Assembly: GCA_963693365.1 (NCBI GenBank)
Contig: CAVNZM010000008.1
Span: 7,574,830-7,638,829 of the forward strand
Source: Amoebidium appalachense
Lineage: Eukaryota > Protista > Ichthyosporea
Direction: 5' to 3'
Length of the DNA: 64,000 nt
Positions within the stretch are counted from its first letter, which is position 1. Every line of letters starts with the position of its first letter. The notes beneath the pieces are model-generated. The model worked only from the letters and a program-made list of their open reading frames with translations. It did no database searches and was not told where the DNA came from. Of this stretch, positions 1 through 15,500 are shown piece after piece. The position numbers and the translations under genes are program-made.

Positions 1-659
1 TCCGGATATGTTGCAAGGCATATGGAAAATGCAGGTTGTGTTATCCACTCAATATCAAATCTTAATACATATATTATGATGTCTACTTGATACGTTATAT
101 TTCCACTTAAGTTTGTATGATGTAAGTGTAACACCAATTTTATTACATGTATATCTTGTTGGGTGGAAGTACTCTTGGCCTTGGTGCCGACAACTCATCA
201 CAGCTCACCTACATGTCGTTAATAAACAGCACATCCCCCCCCCCCCTAATTTTGTTTGCTTTCTGGGCTTGTTGTATTTCTTATTGCATTCAATCTACAA
301 ATTTTCAGAGATATATAGTTCAAAAGTTGGTGAGGCTCGAAAGGAGCAGCCAAGGATAGGTATACACATATCGGATAGATATACGGAAGTAAAAAAGAAG
401 TAAATATCTCCGGACTAAAGTTGTCGGCGATCCGCCAGGTGCCAAAATACAGTAATCCTATAATGTAATTTCTAGCCCTGTTTTGAAATCACCTGGGTAC
501 TGTGCACCAACATCTGGGCAAGTATGGGGGGAACCATGATGAACTTCAACCATCATCTGCCGTGCCTCGGAATGCGCGGAAACTAACTTTGATTGGCTAA
601 CCATCACTATGAGGCTCCAAACGCCAAACTTGAGCACGGACACGCCACGCATCAGGTGA

Positions 660-1641
<982 letters not shown>

Positions 1642-2027
1642 TAAGCAATCCGAATTTGCAGGCCCTGTATCATGCTGATGAATGACGTACCCCATAATAC
1701 TGTCACTGGCAAGCATGTGAATTGCTCCGCTGAAAAACTCAGTGAGCCGTAATGCAAGGCTGGGTTCACTGGGTTCCCGGAGCGGGCGCCAGACATGTCT
1801 GTAACTTGTTTGGAAGGTGTGTAAACCCCTTTACTAATAGATTGATCATGCATGTACACTTGCTAATGTGGCAGCTAAATTCGAATAATAATGTTTAACA
1901 CCTTGAGGTTCACGAACATATGGACACACACATGTATGACCAGGAATCAGGACCCACGAATTTAGCACGTCATGATTCACACACCGTGTGCCTTTTTTCT
2001 TGCCTCCCCCCATATGGCCATATGCCC

Positions 2028-2076
<49 letters not shown>

Positions 2077-3436
2077 ACGCACACAAAAAAAAAAAAAACA
2101 CACCCCACCCAACCCCCTTCCCCTCGCACCCTCCCGCACCCCCACCCCACCCTCTCCTTCAGAGGAAGTTAATTTTCCAAGTTCAATTAGCTCCAAGTGG
2201 ATGGGGGGTGCAAAAGAAGGCAGCGGGGCTAGTGAAACCCCCCTTAAAATACACTTTTAAGGAAGTATTTGCACGTTTCTTACCCAATCAGAAATGAGTT
2301 ACAAAATTTGGGCGTGTGTTTTATGTAGAGGGGATGAGTTACTAAACTTGAGCGTATATGTAGAGGGCACACCCAGGCATGGTATTCTGGCAACCTTTAT
2401 TTAGCCATCCGGCCAGGCCGGCGTTTCCCTAGAATTCCTCTAGATGGTACGTGCGCAATTCACACCACATGTTAAAAATGGAGTTAGCACCATATTTGGA
2501 CAAAACCATTCGTATGTAATCTGCCGAGACAATATGACGCCTAGCGCTCAGCCTGAGACACCAAAATAAAAGTATCACTCTGTGAAAATGGCGACATATG
2601 TGGACCTTAGCAAATGTCTCCCGCCGGCCAATCAAACGTATGTCACGTGACTCATGTCACCAGTGGCGTATTTTCGACGATCCAATTGGAGTGGGCCACA
2701 TATTGGCAATGGGAGATTTTTGCTGTTTACTCGAGGCACAGAGTCTTGCGTATTTGTGGGGGGAGGGGAGGGGGGGGGGGGGGGGGGAGGGGGGGAGGGG
2801 TTTGCTCGGTGTGGGCTCTCGGCGGAAAATGGAGTTTTTCGGTTCAACGTGTGCTTAATTGACCCCTGGTCCCCCCCCCCCCCCCCCCCCCCCCCCCCAC
2901 CATCACCACCACCACCACCACACACACACACACACCCCACCACTCCCCTCACCCTTCCCCCAATTGCAAAACACACATGCACAAAAAAAAAAACCAAAAA
3001 AAAAACCACTCACTGTGGAGATTTAACCCGCCAAGCCCCATGTACCCATTAGTTGTGAAGGTTCCCCACAGGAGGAGAAAAACGAACAAAAAAAAATGAA
3101 TACAGTAAAAGATAAAGTAACGAAACGAGGAAGGGTGGGAAGGGAGGAGGGGGGGGGGGGGGGGGGAGGGGGGCAAATGAGCTCGTTGTTTATTCTTTTT
3201 TTTTTTTATAGTTTAGTTTTTGTTTGTAGATTTTTCCAATGTGCCTTTGCCGACCTTTTTCATTCATTTTCCGTAATAGTAGGCTCAGGTGCGAAGAAGA
3301 GGAGCCCGTCCCCAACAGCAGCATGTGTATGTAATGGTGTGTTCACGCATGTGTGCATGCGTACACGTGGCAGGTGGGTGTGTGGGTGTGTGAGGGTGTG
3401 TGGGCGGTGTAGTGGCTGTGCATATCCGTGTCCGTG

Positions 3437-3542
<106 letters not shown>

Positions 3543-3952
3543 AACACCGAAGAATACTGGAGCTCCGAACACAGAAATTTCCAGAAATTTTGCTTGAACT
3601 TGTCTAGCAATGACATTATTGCATAATTCAAAAGTCAAGCAAACTACCATACTATCATGAGGAAAAATCATTCTGGCTGTGCACGTTACGGTTACTGACA
3701 TGTAAGAAAAGGGATCGGGGGGAAAGGGGGGGGGGGGGGGGGGGGGAATGGGTGTGTGTGTGGGGGGGGGGGGGGGGGGGGGGGGGAGGGGGGGAAAGGG
3801 GAGAGGGAAGTGTGCATTTGCACACGAAATTCAATGATAAGTATGTGTATTCGACCAAGAATGATTCCAGAAATTTCCCATAAAGCTCCAACGAAGTATT
3901 GCATGCATGCAGACCTCTGGGAGATCATTTGCACGTTTACTTGTTTGATAGG

Positions 3953-4082
<130 letters not shown>

Positions 4083-5386
4083 ATGTGGGGGTGTGGGGGT
4101 GTGTGTGCGTGGGTGTTTGTGTGGGTGTAGGTGTGTGTGCGTGTTTGTATGGGTGTGTGCATGCACTTCTGCGTGCGTATTTAGGAGTTTAAAATTTTGC
4201 CAAGTGTGTTGATGTGTGAGTGTGGGAGGGTGGCGGTGGTGGTGGGTGGTGGTGGTGGTGGTTTGGAGGGGGTGGGGGGAGCGGGGGGATGCGAGGAGTG
4301 ACGGAGAGGGAGATTCAATCGGACGTTTAAAGAGTATTCATGATGGCTCCAATCACAATTCCATGATGCCAAAAAATACGTGTTGGGACTCAGTATGGAG
4401 GGAGGAACGGGGGTGGGGGGGTGGGGGGGGGGGGGGGGCACGGTACTACTACAAGTCTCCAGACTCAACGCAGTTGTGGTGGTGGCCGTGTTTTTGATTT
4501 CGCATACCTGAAAGCAGGTGAACTTCGGAGATTAATCATTATGAAGTTGAACAATTGGTGTGTTGAATCAGTGAACACCCCCCCCCCCCCCCCCCCCCGT
4601 TTTGGACCCAACAGCAGCAGACCCACCACCCGCCGCCGGGCGTGGGCGTTTACTCACCGGGAAACACACACGCACAAACATTCACACATGCATTTGAATA
4701 TGCACACACACATACACACAGAGACACACACACACGGGGGGGGGGGGGGGGGGGGGGAGGGGGAGAGAGAGAGATATATATATATATATAGACTGCCAGT
4801 CGCACATATGTATACAGGTAAGGCTGGGTGTTTTATTCATAGTGTCACAAAACTCAAAATGGCTTACTTAGCGTCTGTATTTTCGCGAAAGTATGCGCCG
4901 GTGAAGGTACCACCGTCTACGGTCGGTCACCATTCCGTAACTTGAATCAGTACCATGACGTTCTAATGGCTAATCAGGACCAATTAAACAATCTGTGTTA
5001 ACTGAGATTGATTTCAGAACCGGGCATATGATGATGCGCTTGCGCTTGTTTACTTTATGTATTAAATTTTACTACACTATCATAGTATATAGCATCGGTT
5101 TATATTAGAAAATTATTAACATGAATTTGTTTGGGTGGTTAACCTTTGCTTCTTGTTTCACCAGTATCACGTCAAACTGACTGCCATCATATCAACTACA
5201 GTATCATTGGTTCCGATCGAAACCGATTCAAGGGGACTACCCATATAAGGCAACTGTCCAAAATCAAAAAGCGGAAAAATCGTAAGGTCCGGTTACGTTA
5301 TCATCCCGTCAGGCAACATCTATAATATCACAAATGATTGTCGAAAGTTTATGTTATGTTTTAGCCCACCTGGCCCAATAATCATT

Positions 5387-7334
5387 TCATTCAAATTCAA
5401 AGTTAAAGGGCGCCGGCGCCGGCATGGTGACTGCGGGGGCACTGTTGTCCACCATGGTTGCCGTGGGCCACCCGCCAATACTCATCTCGATCCCCCCCAA
5501 AGCGGGCAAATACTCCATCTGACCCGTATACTCCTTAAAGGAGAACTTCTGGCCCTTGTCGCTGGCGTCGCACGCCATGAGCATCATCGGCGGGTCGTAT
5601 TTCGACTGCGTCTTTGTGAACCCGACACACATCTCCGTCGTGCCGTTAACGAGCTTGAGAGTAGTCTCGGTGGCGTTAACGTCGACCACCCACTTGAGAT
5701 CATCAAACTCAATTTCGAAGCCAGCGCCGGCCGGCGCACCGATTGTCGGGCACCGTCTCGAAACCAACGCGATTCCGGCCGCCACCGGCCCGTCGGGCAT
5801 CAGGCAAGTCTCGTTTCCGACACGGAGCTCGCTAACTTGGCCCGAGGACCCAGAGGAGGGCCCGACGCGCACGAACATTTTCGGGGGTACCGGTCCACGT
5901 TCCGCAATGTTCATGTCCTCGTTTGCGACCGCGACGAACCGCTCAAGGGTGGGCATGGAAAAGCTCGACGAGGGAAGGGTGCAGTGTGAATAGGCGAGGA
6001 ACGCACGGGTGTCCCTGTTAGAGTTGCTGAGTGTCGAGGGGAGCTTGTTCATTGAGTCGTAATTGAGGCTGGGCGTGGACGGTTGGTCGCCGACGACGTA
6101 AATGGTGTACGTGGACATGTCGTACATGTATCCGAGCGTCTCGCTGGTGTTGTGGCAGAGTTCCAAGGGGCGCACGCTGGCAAGGTAGTTCTGGAAACTG
6201 GCGCCGTTGGGGAGCTTCGTCGGCTGCTGCATTCTATAGCTGTTTTTGTTGTTAGGGTTGAACTCGTAGACTTTGTCTTTCCCGTTGATAATCGTACAGT
6301 TAACGAAACTGGTCGCGTTTGTTGTTGTGTTCTTTTCGTGCGTGTACCCTCCGCACACCTCGAACATAATCTTGTCTGGAAGGGGCAAATTCTGCAGAGG
6401 AGTCGACTTTGCCACATCGGCGTACTGCCACGGCATCTCCCAGTCGAGCCCGACCCGGTCCGGATCCAAGTATAGGCTAATCTCCGTAGGCTTGGTCACT
6501 GCCTCGAGGGGAGGAATGCCCCCGAGTATTTTGTCCTTGTCGGTGCACATGGGCTTGACCCCTTCAGGGGCCTTGCTCCCTACAGTTCCGTCAGCGAACG
6601 AGGACGTTGCCGTGGGTGAAATGGCGCGCACTCGCGGGGTTGACGCTGTGTATTTCCATCCGTCGGTCGCGGAATCCGATGAGAGAACTGGCCCGTTGTA
6701 TGTGTTCATCGGAGTGGTGACGCAGACATTGCGGATGTCGGTTTTGGTGGTGCCTTGGGCCTTGGTTGCCACAATGTCGTAGCAGAGTTCGTAGTTGGTT
6801 GCTCCGTCCACCTTGCCCCAGGAAGCGATGATTTCCTTGCTCTCAACCCTGCGGCAGCAGCAAGCATTAATTTTTTTGTTATTGGTTGTCAAAATTATAT
6901 AGCGTCTTAAGGCTCAGAAAACCAAGGAGAAGAAGAAGAAGGAAAAGAAGTGGGCAACAAACTTTACAGTTAAAGGTGGGAATCATACAAAAAAAAGGGC
7001 AGAACAAAAAGACTTCTAGGTCACATGGCTGCTCAGTCACATGCGCCTGCAGGGTCGAACGGAATATTAGCATGGAGTCAATTACGACAGAACCAATTTA
7101 GAGCAGGTTTCACAGTTACACTTACTTGTCAATGATGAGCTCTGTGGCTTTAACAAGTGCAAATTCAAACTTCTGGGGCGCCGAAAGTGTGGTGGCACCG
7201 GCACCTGCCGCTGCCACTCCTTCGAAAGGATCCTGCACCACTGGGGTGGCTGGTGCGGTTTCGGCTGCCGGCGCGGCGGAGCACCCTGACGCCGCGACAA
7301 GGGCCACGGCACCAACAAACAGCGCGCTAGACAT
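5387..7334 (-). CDS. Secreted protein (~556 aa) with signal peptide, FN3-like N-terminal segment and ricin-B/beta-trefoil-like C-terminal segment; exons 7334-7126 and 6848-5387
   Basis: Exon 1 begins MSSALFVGAVALVAASGCSA (signal-like) and ends at AA|GTAAG. Acceptor CCGCAG|G at 6849/6848 is in the same phase 2, and 209+1462 nt = 557 codons. Motifs SWGKVDGATNYEL...YTASTPRVRA (FN3-like) and MCVG...LMACDASDKGQKF (ricin-B-like) were recognised by eye. Confidence 0.85.
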
Positions 7335-7490
7335 GATTGTTTCTTTCCTTGCTCACAACGAAGTAGAGTAATAAGTTAGTGAGAAAAAAGTTAAAATCGA
7401 ACACAGATTGCTTTTCAGTGAACTCGAGGTTCGGAGCTGTTCCAACCGCGGTGGAACTGGTCGAGTGAGGAGTGGCTCGGTCGGGTCTGG

Positions 7491-7497
7491 TTATATA
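7491..7497 (-). promoter_or_regulatory. Putative TATA box (TATATAA) of the secreted-protein gene
   Basis: TATATAA on the minus strand about 160 nt upstream of the ATG at 7334. Confidence 0.35.
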
Positions 7498-8216
7498 CCC
7501 ATTGGGAGATCTCACTATACCCCCATGGCTAGACAGGAATTGGTGGGGGGGTTTATGTCGTGACTTTTATTCAACTACCTAAGTTGTACATGTGGACGAT
7601 ATACAAGAGCCTGGCAGATGCAATAGACAGACGGTGGTGAAAAGGATGTGGAAAACATGTGAGATAGCACATCAGAAAATTTTCGACAGTATAGCCATTG
7701 AGTGCGCAATAATTATCAGTCCCTGGCAAATTTCCAAGATTAACTTAGTTGAAATCAAATACATTGGGTAAGAGAGTGACATCTTCAGAAGAAAAGCGTT
7801 GCAAGTTACATATAGAGCATTTTTTATCCAGCAAAGCACCAAAATCAAAAAACACTAAGTAGAGCAGAGAGCTACACAAACTGCTGGTAACCTGGTCTGA
7901 CGCGGCTTCTTTTTCTTAAACCCACGGTTCGAGTATAGCTAAAGTGCAACAACCCTACAAGTTTTGGGGGAGTTTAGGAATTTCCTGTCCGCATTTAAGA
8001 TACGGCGAATCATGGCCACATGCGTCAGTCGCACATGAGTCGTGACATGACCTGTTTTTGTAAGCACGTTTATAACTATGTAGCTCCATTGAATATGATT
8101 AAAAAGTTTGTTGCATTATAAAAGGCCAGCAGTATGTATCTTAAATAAATAGTGATGGGCTTATGTGCGTTGGCTTAGGGGTAGGGGCTGACCTAGTCAC
8201 TTTGAGTGCTGTGTCG

Positions 8217-8588
8217 CTGCGGCCATACATACCTTGTATGTTGCCGCAGGCGACAGTTACCACTAGACAAAGTTTGATCGCGTGTAATCGGATCCTGCTT
8301 TACGAGCGGCGATTGGTTCAAAATTACTTAAACCCAGCCTACCAGTCAAAAGAAGACATGATCTGCTTGCCCAGCGGCTTTTTTAAGCAATGAAATTAAA
8401 TGTTTGCTTTAAAATGTTTAAGCATTCCGATTAGTCATTACAAATTGAGCGATCTGATTGGTCATTACAGCCTATAGGTCCACGCAATAAAAAGTGTGTA
8501 AACCCCTATAGGACCCGGCCGGAGACGTCCCGCAGCGTCGTAGACCGCCCCAGCCACTTCCGTAAGCCAGCGGGTACAAAGCCTTGGA
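8217..8588 (+). repeat. Interspersed repeat, copy 1 (diverged copy at 55613-55938)
   Basis: Shared colinear blocks: cataccttgtatgttgcc, ccactagaca.agtttgatcgcg, gattggtcattacagcc, cggagacgtcccgcagcgtcgtag, gcgggtacaaagccttgga. Confidence 0.85.
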
Positions 8589-9204
8589 GACTATTTTAGG
8601 GCTGACCCCAACTTTCCATGTGGGCGGAAACCAATTTTATCTGGAATGCATAACGGTGCAATCTCTGGTGTTTCATTGGATTCCATTTTTTTCTGCTTTG
8701 CCAGGTTGGGCAATTGCACGATCTAAGAAATTTATATTCTGCTATTCGGGCCCTTTGGGGTTTGTACCCGCGAACTTTACCTTGCAAGCGATTCGGGGGT
8801 CTACCCAACTCAGGATTGTACTAACTACAGCTTCTATTCTTCCCAATATATATCACTGAAGTATCCAAAGTTGTAGGCAACATGTATGTACATATGTATA
8901 TTTTTAATCGTGATTCGTCCCGCAGCGTACCTTTGCATGCATTCCTGTTTCGGACCGCCGGGATAAAAATCATGTGAAATCATTTCATAAGTATTACATA
9001 GTGACCTCAGTGAGTCAAGTTCGTGGTGGGTCCCCGAACTTCCGCGCATGCGGGCACAGCTGTTAGTCATGCTGGCACTGCAGTGATGACAAAAGATGAG
9101 AACTTCTAATACTCGAATTAGCATTTTCGCTAGCGTCTCCTACAACATACAAGAGGTATCCCCATCATCAGGTATGTACAGTATACTTCGAGGCACTTCA
9201 AGCA

Positions 9205-10390
<1,186 letters not shown>

Positions 10391-10650
10391 GGAATCATCC
10401 AGCTTGAAACACTGAAACACTCGAGCTCAGAAACTAACGGCAACATCATCGAATTTCTGTAAATTAGCACAATGAATTTCTCTAAACTATCTTCCTCCAA
10501 AAGATTTTAGGGCAGAACTCAATGATTCTCGAGTAGGCCACGCGGATATTCTGCCAAAAATTTAACAGACTCTGACCGAATGATTTCTGTTTGTAACAGT
10601 CACTGGCACGGTGTGCCCTGAACTGAGGTTGAATGATGATCGATCAATCT

Positions 10651-10800
10651 GCCACCGAGAAGGGTCACCCGCAACTTGTAAATTGATGCAAATATATGCA
10701 AATATATGCAAATATATGCAAATATACTATGCAAATATATGCAAATATATGCAAATATATGCAACGTTAACTTGCGGGTGACCTGGGCCCTCCGAGTGGC
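10651..10800. repeat. 10-bp tandem array (ATGCAAATAT, about 7.5 copies) enclosed by inverted repeats
   Basis: Array at 10686-10764; perfect 12-bp IR GGTCACCCGCAA (10663-10674) / TTGCGGGTGACC (10772-10783); weaker outer IR GCCAC/GTGGC. Confidence 0.85.
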
Positions 10801-12157
10801 TATAGTTGGACCCTTCATAGGCCTTCAACTGAGTCGGACTTCACTTCAAAAAAGGCCTTGAGTTTGGTTTGCGGACTCAACCAAACACGCCAAAAGATTT
10901 CCAAAAGTTAACTTCAACCCCGGACTCACTCCTTATAGTTTATCATTATGATACTCCAAGTTAACGCAGCAGTGTTTAATCAATCTGAATTAGAGTGGCG
11001 GTAGCTGTGTGACATTTTATATATATAGGTGAATTCTTTTTGTTCAGGGCTCTCATCATGGTCGGCGGCGCTTACTGAATATCTCCCCTCCCCCCCCCCC
11101 CCCTCCCCTCTCCCCTTCCCCCTTCTCCCCCCCTCCCCCCCCCCCTCCCCCTCCCCGGGCCCTCGTTCCTGAGCCCCGGTGCCCCTTTCTCTATCCTTGG
11201 CTCCCCCCCTCCCCCTTCCGCCCCTCTCTCAAGTTCTTCTTCCCTCCCGAGCGCCGCCTAGGCCTTCCCTTATGCACAACTTAGCCTAGAAGCGTAGCTA
11301 TCTGGTGTCATAAGTGTTTGAAGCTGAAGTAACACTGTTGTCGACTCGTATCAACATAGATTCCGTGACGAGCCGGGGAGCTATATCCGAAGGAGTGTGT
11401 TACACTCAGAGGGCCGGGGCTGTAGGCAGGGTGGGAAGGGGCCTGTGATGGGTGGGGGGGAAGGTGGGGGTGGGGGGAGGGGACAGGAGAGGGCAAGGCA
11501 AGGGAGAGGGGATGGGGAGAGGGGGGACTTAGGGTGGGGAGAGGGCCGGGGAGAGGGGGGAGGCGGAGGAAGGAGGGGAGGGGGGGGGGGGGGGGGGGAG
11601 GGGGGGAGGGAGGAGGGGGGAGACGAGTGAATTTGCGACTACAGCTTTGTTTTCGTAGATTACTATATCAAACAATCTTTTTCCATCACCTGAGTTGGAG
11701 ACACGGGGGGGGGGGGGGGGGGGGAGAGGGGTAGGGAGGGGAAGGGGGGGGGGGGGGGGGGGGGGGGGGGGAGGGGGTAAGGGGAAAAGGGTGGGGGGGG
11801 GGGGAGCGGGGAGGATGGGAGAGAGGGGAAAGTTTCTTTATTCGGACTGTTAAGTGAGGTAGGGGGCTTGGTGCCGTGATGTTCATGAGTTTGGGAAGAA
11901 TGTGCACTTGGGGAAGGGGAAGGGGGGCCGCTTTTGTGTGTGTATGTGTGTGGGTTGGAGGGGGGGGGGGGGGGGGGGGGAGAAGGGGGGTCTACTCGAG
12001 ACGTGGCACAAAAATAAACAGTGAGCTTGAAAAACAAATGAACCTTAGAAGCAAGCACACAGGGTCCAGCCAGACACACATGCATGCAGGTGCACATGGC
12101 CGAATAGACGCGTGCACGGGTAGCTTTGCGTGTGCGCGCTTGCACACACACACACAC

Positions 12158-12209
<52 letters not shown>

Positions 12210-12282
12210 ACACACACATGGGCACGCACAAACACACACACACACACTACACTGTGACTAGCACATACGTAAACAATGGGTG

Positions 12283-12322
<40 letters not shown>

Positions 12323-12411
12323 ACACACACACACTTTCCACACACATGTTCCACACACACACACACGAGCACACACAAACACACACACACGCACACACAC
12401 GAACACACAAG

Positions 12412-12482
<71 letters not shown>

Positions 12483-12495
12483 GCACACACACACA

Positions 12496-12527
<32 letters not shown>

Positions 12528-13471
12528 GTTACGTGCACATACATCACATAGGCATGGACCACTATGTCCCAACCCATGCACTTACAATTTGTTCCTGTTG
12601 ACCCCCCCCCCCCCACCCCCGACCCCCCGACCCCCCCCCCCTCCCCCGACCTTCCCCCCCCCCCCCCCCCCTCCCCCTCCCCCCCCGGGGAGCCCATGCT
12701 CCATGCTTCTGGTTTTCTTGACACAAATTCTCTATCCACCCGTACTCTCCTCCCTGCCATCCAGCCCCCCCCCCTCCCCCCCCCCCCCCCCCCAATCCCT
12801 CCCTACCTCCCACCCATCCCCTCTCCATCTTGAAAAAAAAATATAAACGAAAAGGAAATGGAAAGGAAAGTCTTTTACCAAATCTCACCAAAACAAACAC
12901 TTCTACAACCAAGTGCAGGTTGCTCACCCCGACAGGCTCTTACACCACCTGTGCACGCAGATAGTCGGAGTCAAGGGAAAATGGCAGCGTCTGTGTGAGT
13001 TGAAAGGGGGGTCATTGAGAAATTATAATTTCTCAAAGACCAAAAAAAACCTAGAGAAAAGCATGTCGGTTCGTTGGCATGAGCTCGGTGTAGCCTATAG
13101 GTGCTCAATTTGTTTTAAGCAAATATTAATTTCTCGCTTTTTGTGCTTTATAACCTGGTGGGGTAGGCCAACTGTTCCAAGCAAAAATCTCACTCCGATT
13201 GTAGGTTGTTGGAGCGCCCTTTACAAAAGGACTACATTTATTTTCATCAATATTGACCGTGTTGTGGGCCAAAAATGAAAATAACCGTTTCTTGCCTACT
13301 AATATATGTACAGCACAAGCGCATGTTCACGATATAACGCCCAAATTCAATCCTTCGTAACTTTCTAAATTCAACAGAAATGCCTAAAGGCACATTTCAA
13401 AACGACCTTCACCGTGTCATATATTTATACAAAATATCTGTCTTCTATCTACAGAAAAGCAGTGGGATTTT

Positions 13472-14194
13472 TCAATACGGGTTGCTAGATCCGGACTTGA
13501 AATTCGGTGGCAGCTCTCCGCGTGCTTTGTGGATCTTCCTCAAATGGTTGCGCAAGCTGTTTGGGCCGGTGTAACCCTTTTTGCACACGGGGCACGTCGT
13601 CTCCTTGCTTGTGCAATACTTTGTGCCCTTGGTTTTCGACGGCCCGCGCTTGCTCGTCGTTTTTACCACCATCTTATTCTGAGAGTCGCAGTCACTTACC
13701 GAGCCGGAGGAAGAACAGGGGGAGGGCGGGGTGTTGGGTGGTGATTCGAGTTTGCAGGGTGCGGAATTTGAAGAAGTGGAGAGAAGCGAAAGAATACTGT
13801 CGATTTCTTGGACAAGAAGCTGTGTCTCGCTGACTGGGGTGGAGGTGGCGGAGTTCTCCGCACTCGAGGCGCCGAAAAACGAATGTGAATATCGGGTGTT
13901 TCTGTAGGACGGGTAGGAATATGTGGACATTTCGTGCGTGTTGTTTGCAAAGCTTGTAACTGGTGCGTTCACGTAGTCGATTGAGAGCGGTGAATACGGG
14001 CAGAAATCCGCCTTTGGTGTCTGTTGTTGCTCGTTTGTGGTGAAGGAGAGGCACTGAGCGTTTATGAGAGACAAGGTCTCCGAGTCAAACTGTTCAAACT
14101 GTGCGCGGGTGGCGTGTGCGCGCTGCCTGTGTGTGTCTACTGCTTGCTCGTATTGAGCTGCGTACCTGCTAGTGGTATACATTGCGCAAGACAT
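13472..14194 (-). CDS. Single C2H2 zinc-finger protein, paralog 1 (240 aa, putative transcription factor)
   Basis: ATG-started ORF of non-repetitive sequence; basic stretch followed by [22 protein letters not shown] (C-x2-C-x12-H-x4-H); Ser/Pro-rich upstream region. Confidence 0.85.
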   Translation of the reverse strand: MSCAMYTTSRYAAQYEQAVDTHRQRAHATRAQFEQFDSETLSLINAQCLSFTTNEQQQTPKADFCPYSPLSIDYVNAPVTSFANNTHEMSTYSYPSYRNTRYSHSFFGASSAENSATSTPVSETQLLVQEIDSILSLLSTSSNSAPCKLESPPNTPPSPCSSSGSVSDCDSQNKMVVKTTSKRGPSKTKGTKYCTSKETTCPVCKKGYTGPNSLRNHLRKIHKARGELPPNFKSGSSNPY

Positions 14195-14263
14195 GTTGTG
14201 TTTCCGTTTTTTGTATTTTTGTGCTGTGTCGAATGAAGTGATAAAACATGTGGTGGTGGTGGG

Positions 14264-14271
14264 TTTTTATA
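14264..14271 (-). promoter_or_regulatory. Putative TATA box (TATAAAAA) of zinc-finger paralog 1
   Basis: Canonical TATAAAAA about 70 nt upstream of the ATG at 14194. Confidence 0.5.
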
Positions 14272-15107
14272 CGCGAGCGAAAGCTGGCGCCATCGACATG
14301 AACAAAAATGAATAGTGGGCATTAGTCGGGCTCATTGCTGGCGAGATCTCGCACCCATGCCATACCTAAGGCAGCGATTCGGCGAATCAAATGCGAGTGT
14401 ATAGATCTGGTCCAGATCTAGAATAGCACGTAAGAGAGAGAGTAAAGAACAGGCCATAGGAAAAACACATTATACAAGCTCTTAGATTTTTGTAGTTGCC
14501 TCGTTTCATAATTTTTATGTAATATATTTTGTATCAGGTCGTCTAGTCACCGTCAGCCGGCAACTTGAGCGGCTGTAGTGGCAGGGCAGTGCATCTGGCG
14601 GCATTCTATTGGCTAGGAAAGAAATAAATAGTAAGCGTGCGAGCACTGAATCTGATTGGTGGAACCATACCACTCACCGATTGGTCCATGTCCGACCGTC
14701 CAATCGCCCATATATCCAAATAGACCTGCTTCTATTTACCGTGCGCCTGTCACTGAAACCTGCCGCGGCCCGCGCAACCGCGCGTGATGTATGTGCGACC
14801 TCTCGTGCGACCCTATTATTATTATTATTATTATTATTTGTTACTGGGGTTGCGGTATTTACTGCAGCTGGGGAACAGTTTAAAGGCCAACATATGACTA
14901 TGTATGAGTCGCATGTCTACTACTGTGCTATGTATACGTGAGGGGGTGAAAGATTGCGCGTACTTGAAGTTGCTGATGATGGTTCGAACGTTCGTCCGAA
15001 CGACGTACATGGACGCGTCAACTTGCAAATGCTTTCAGCGACCTTTGTTGTTGCTTGTGCGACAGCAGTACTAGTGAAACTCTGATTCTGGTGCAATGGG
15101 TGAGACT

Positions 15108-15500
<393 letters not shown>

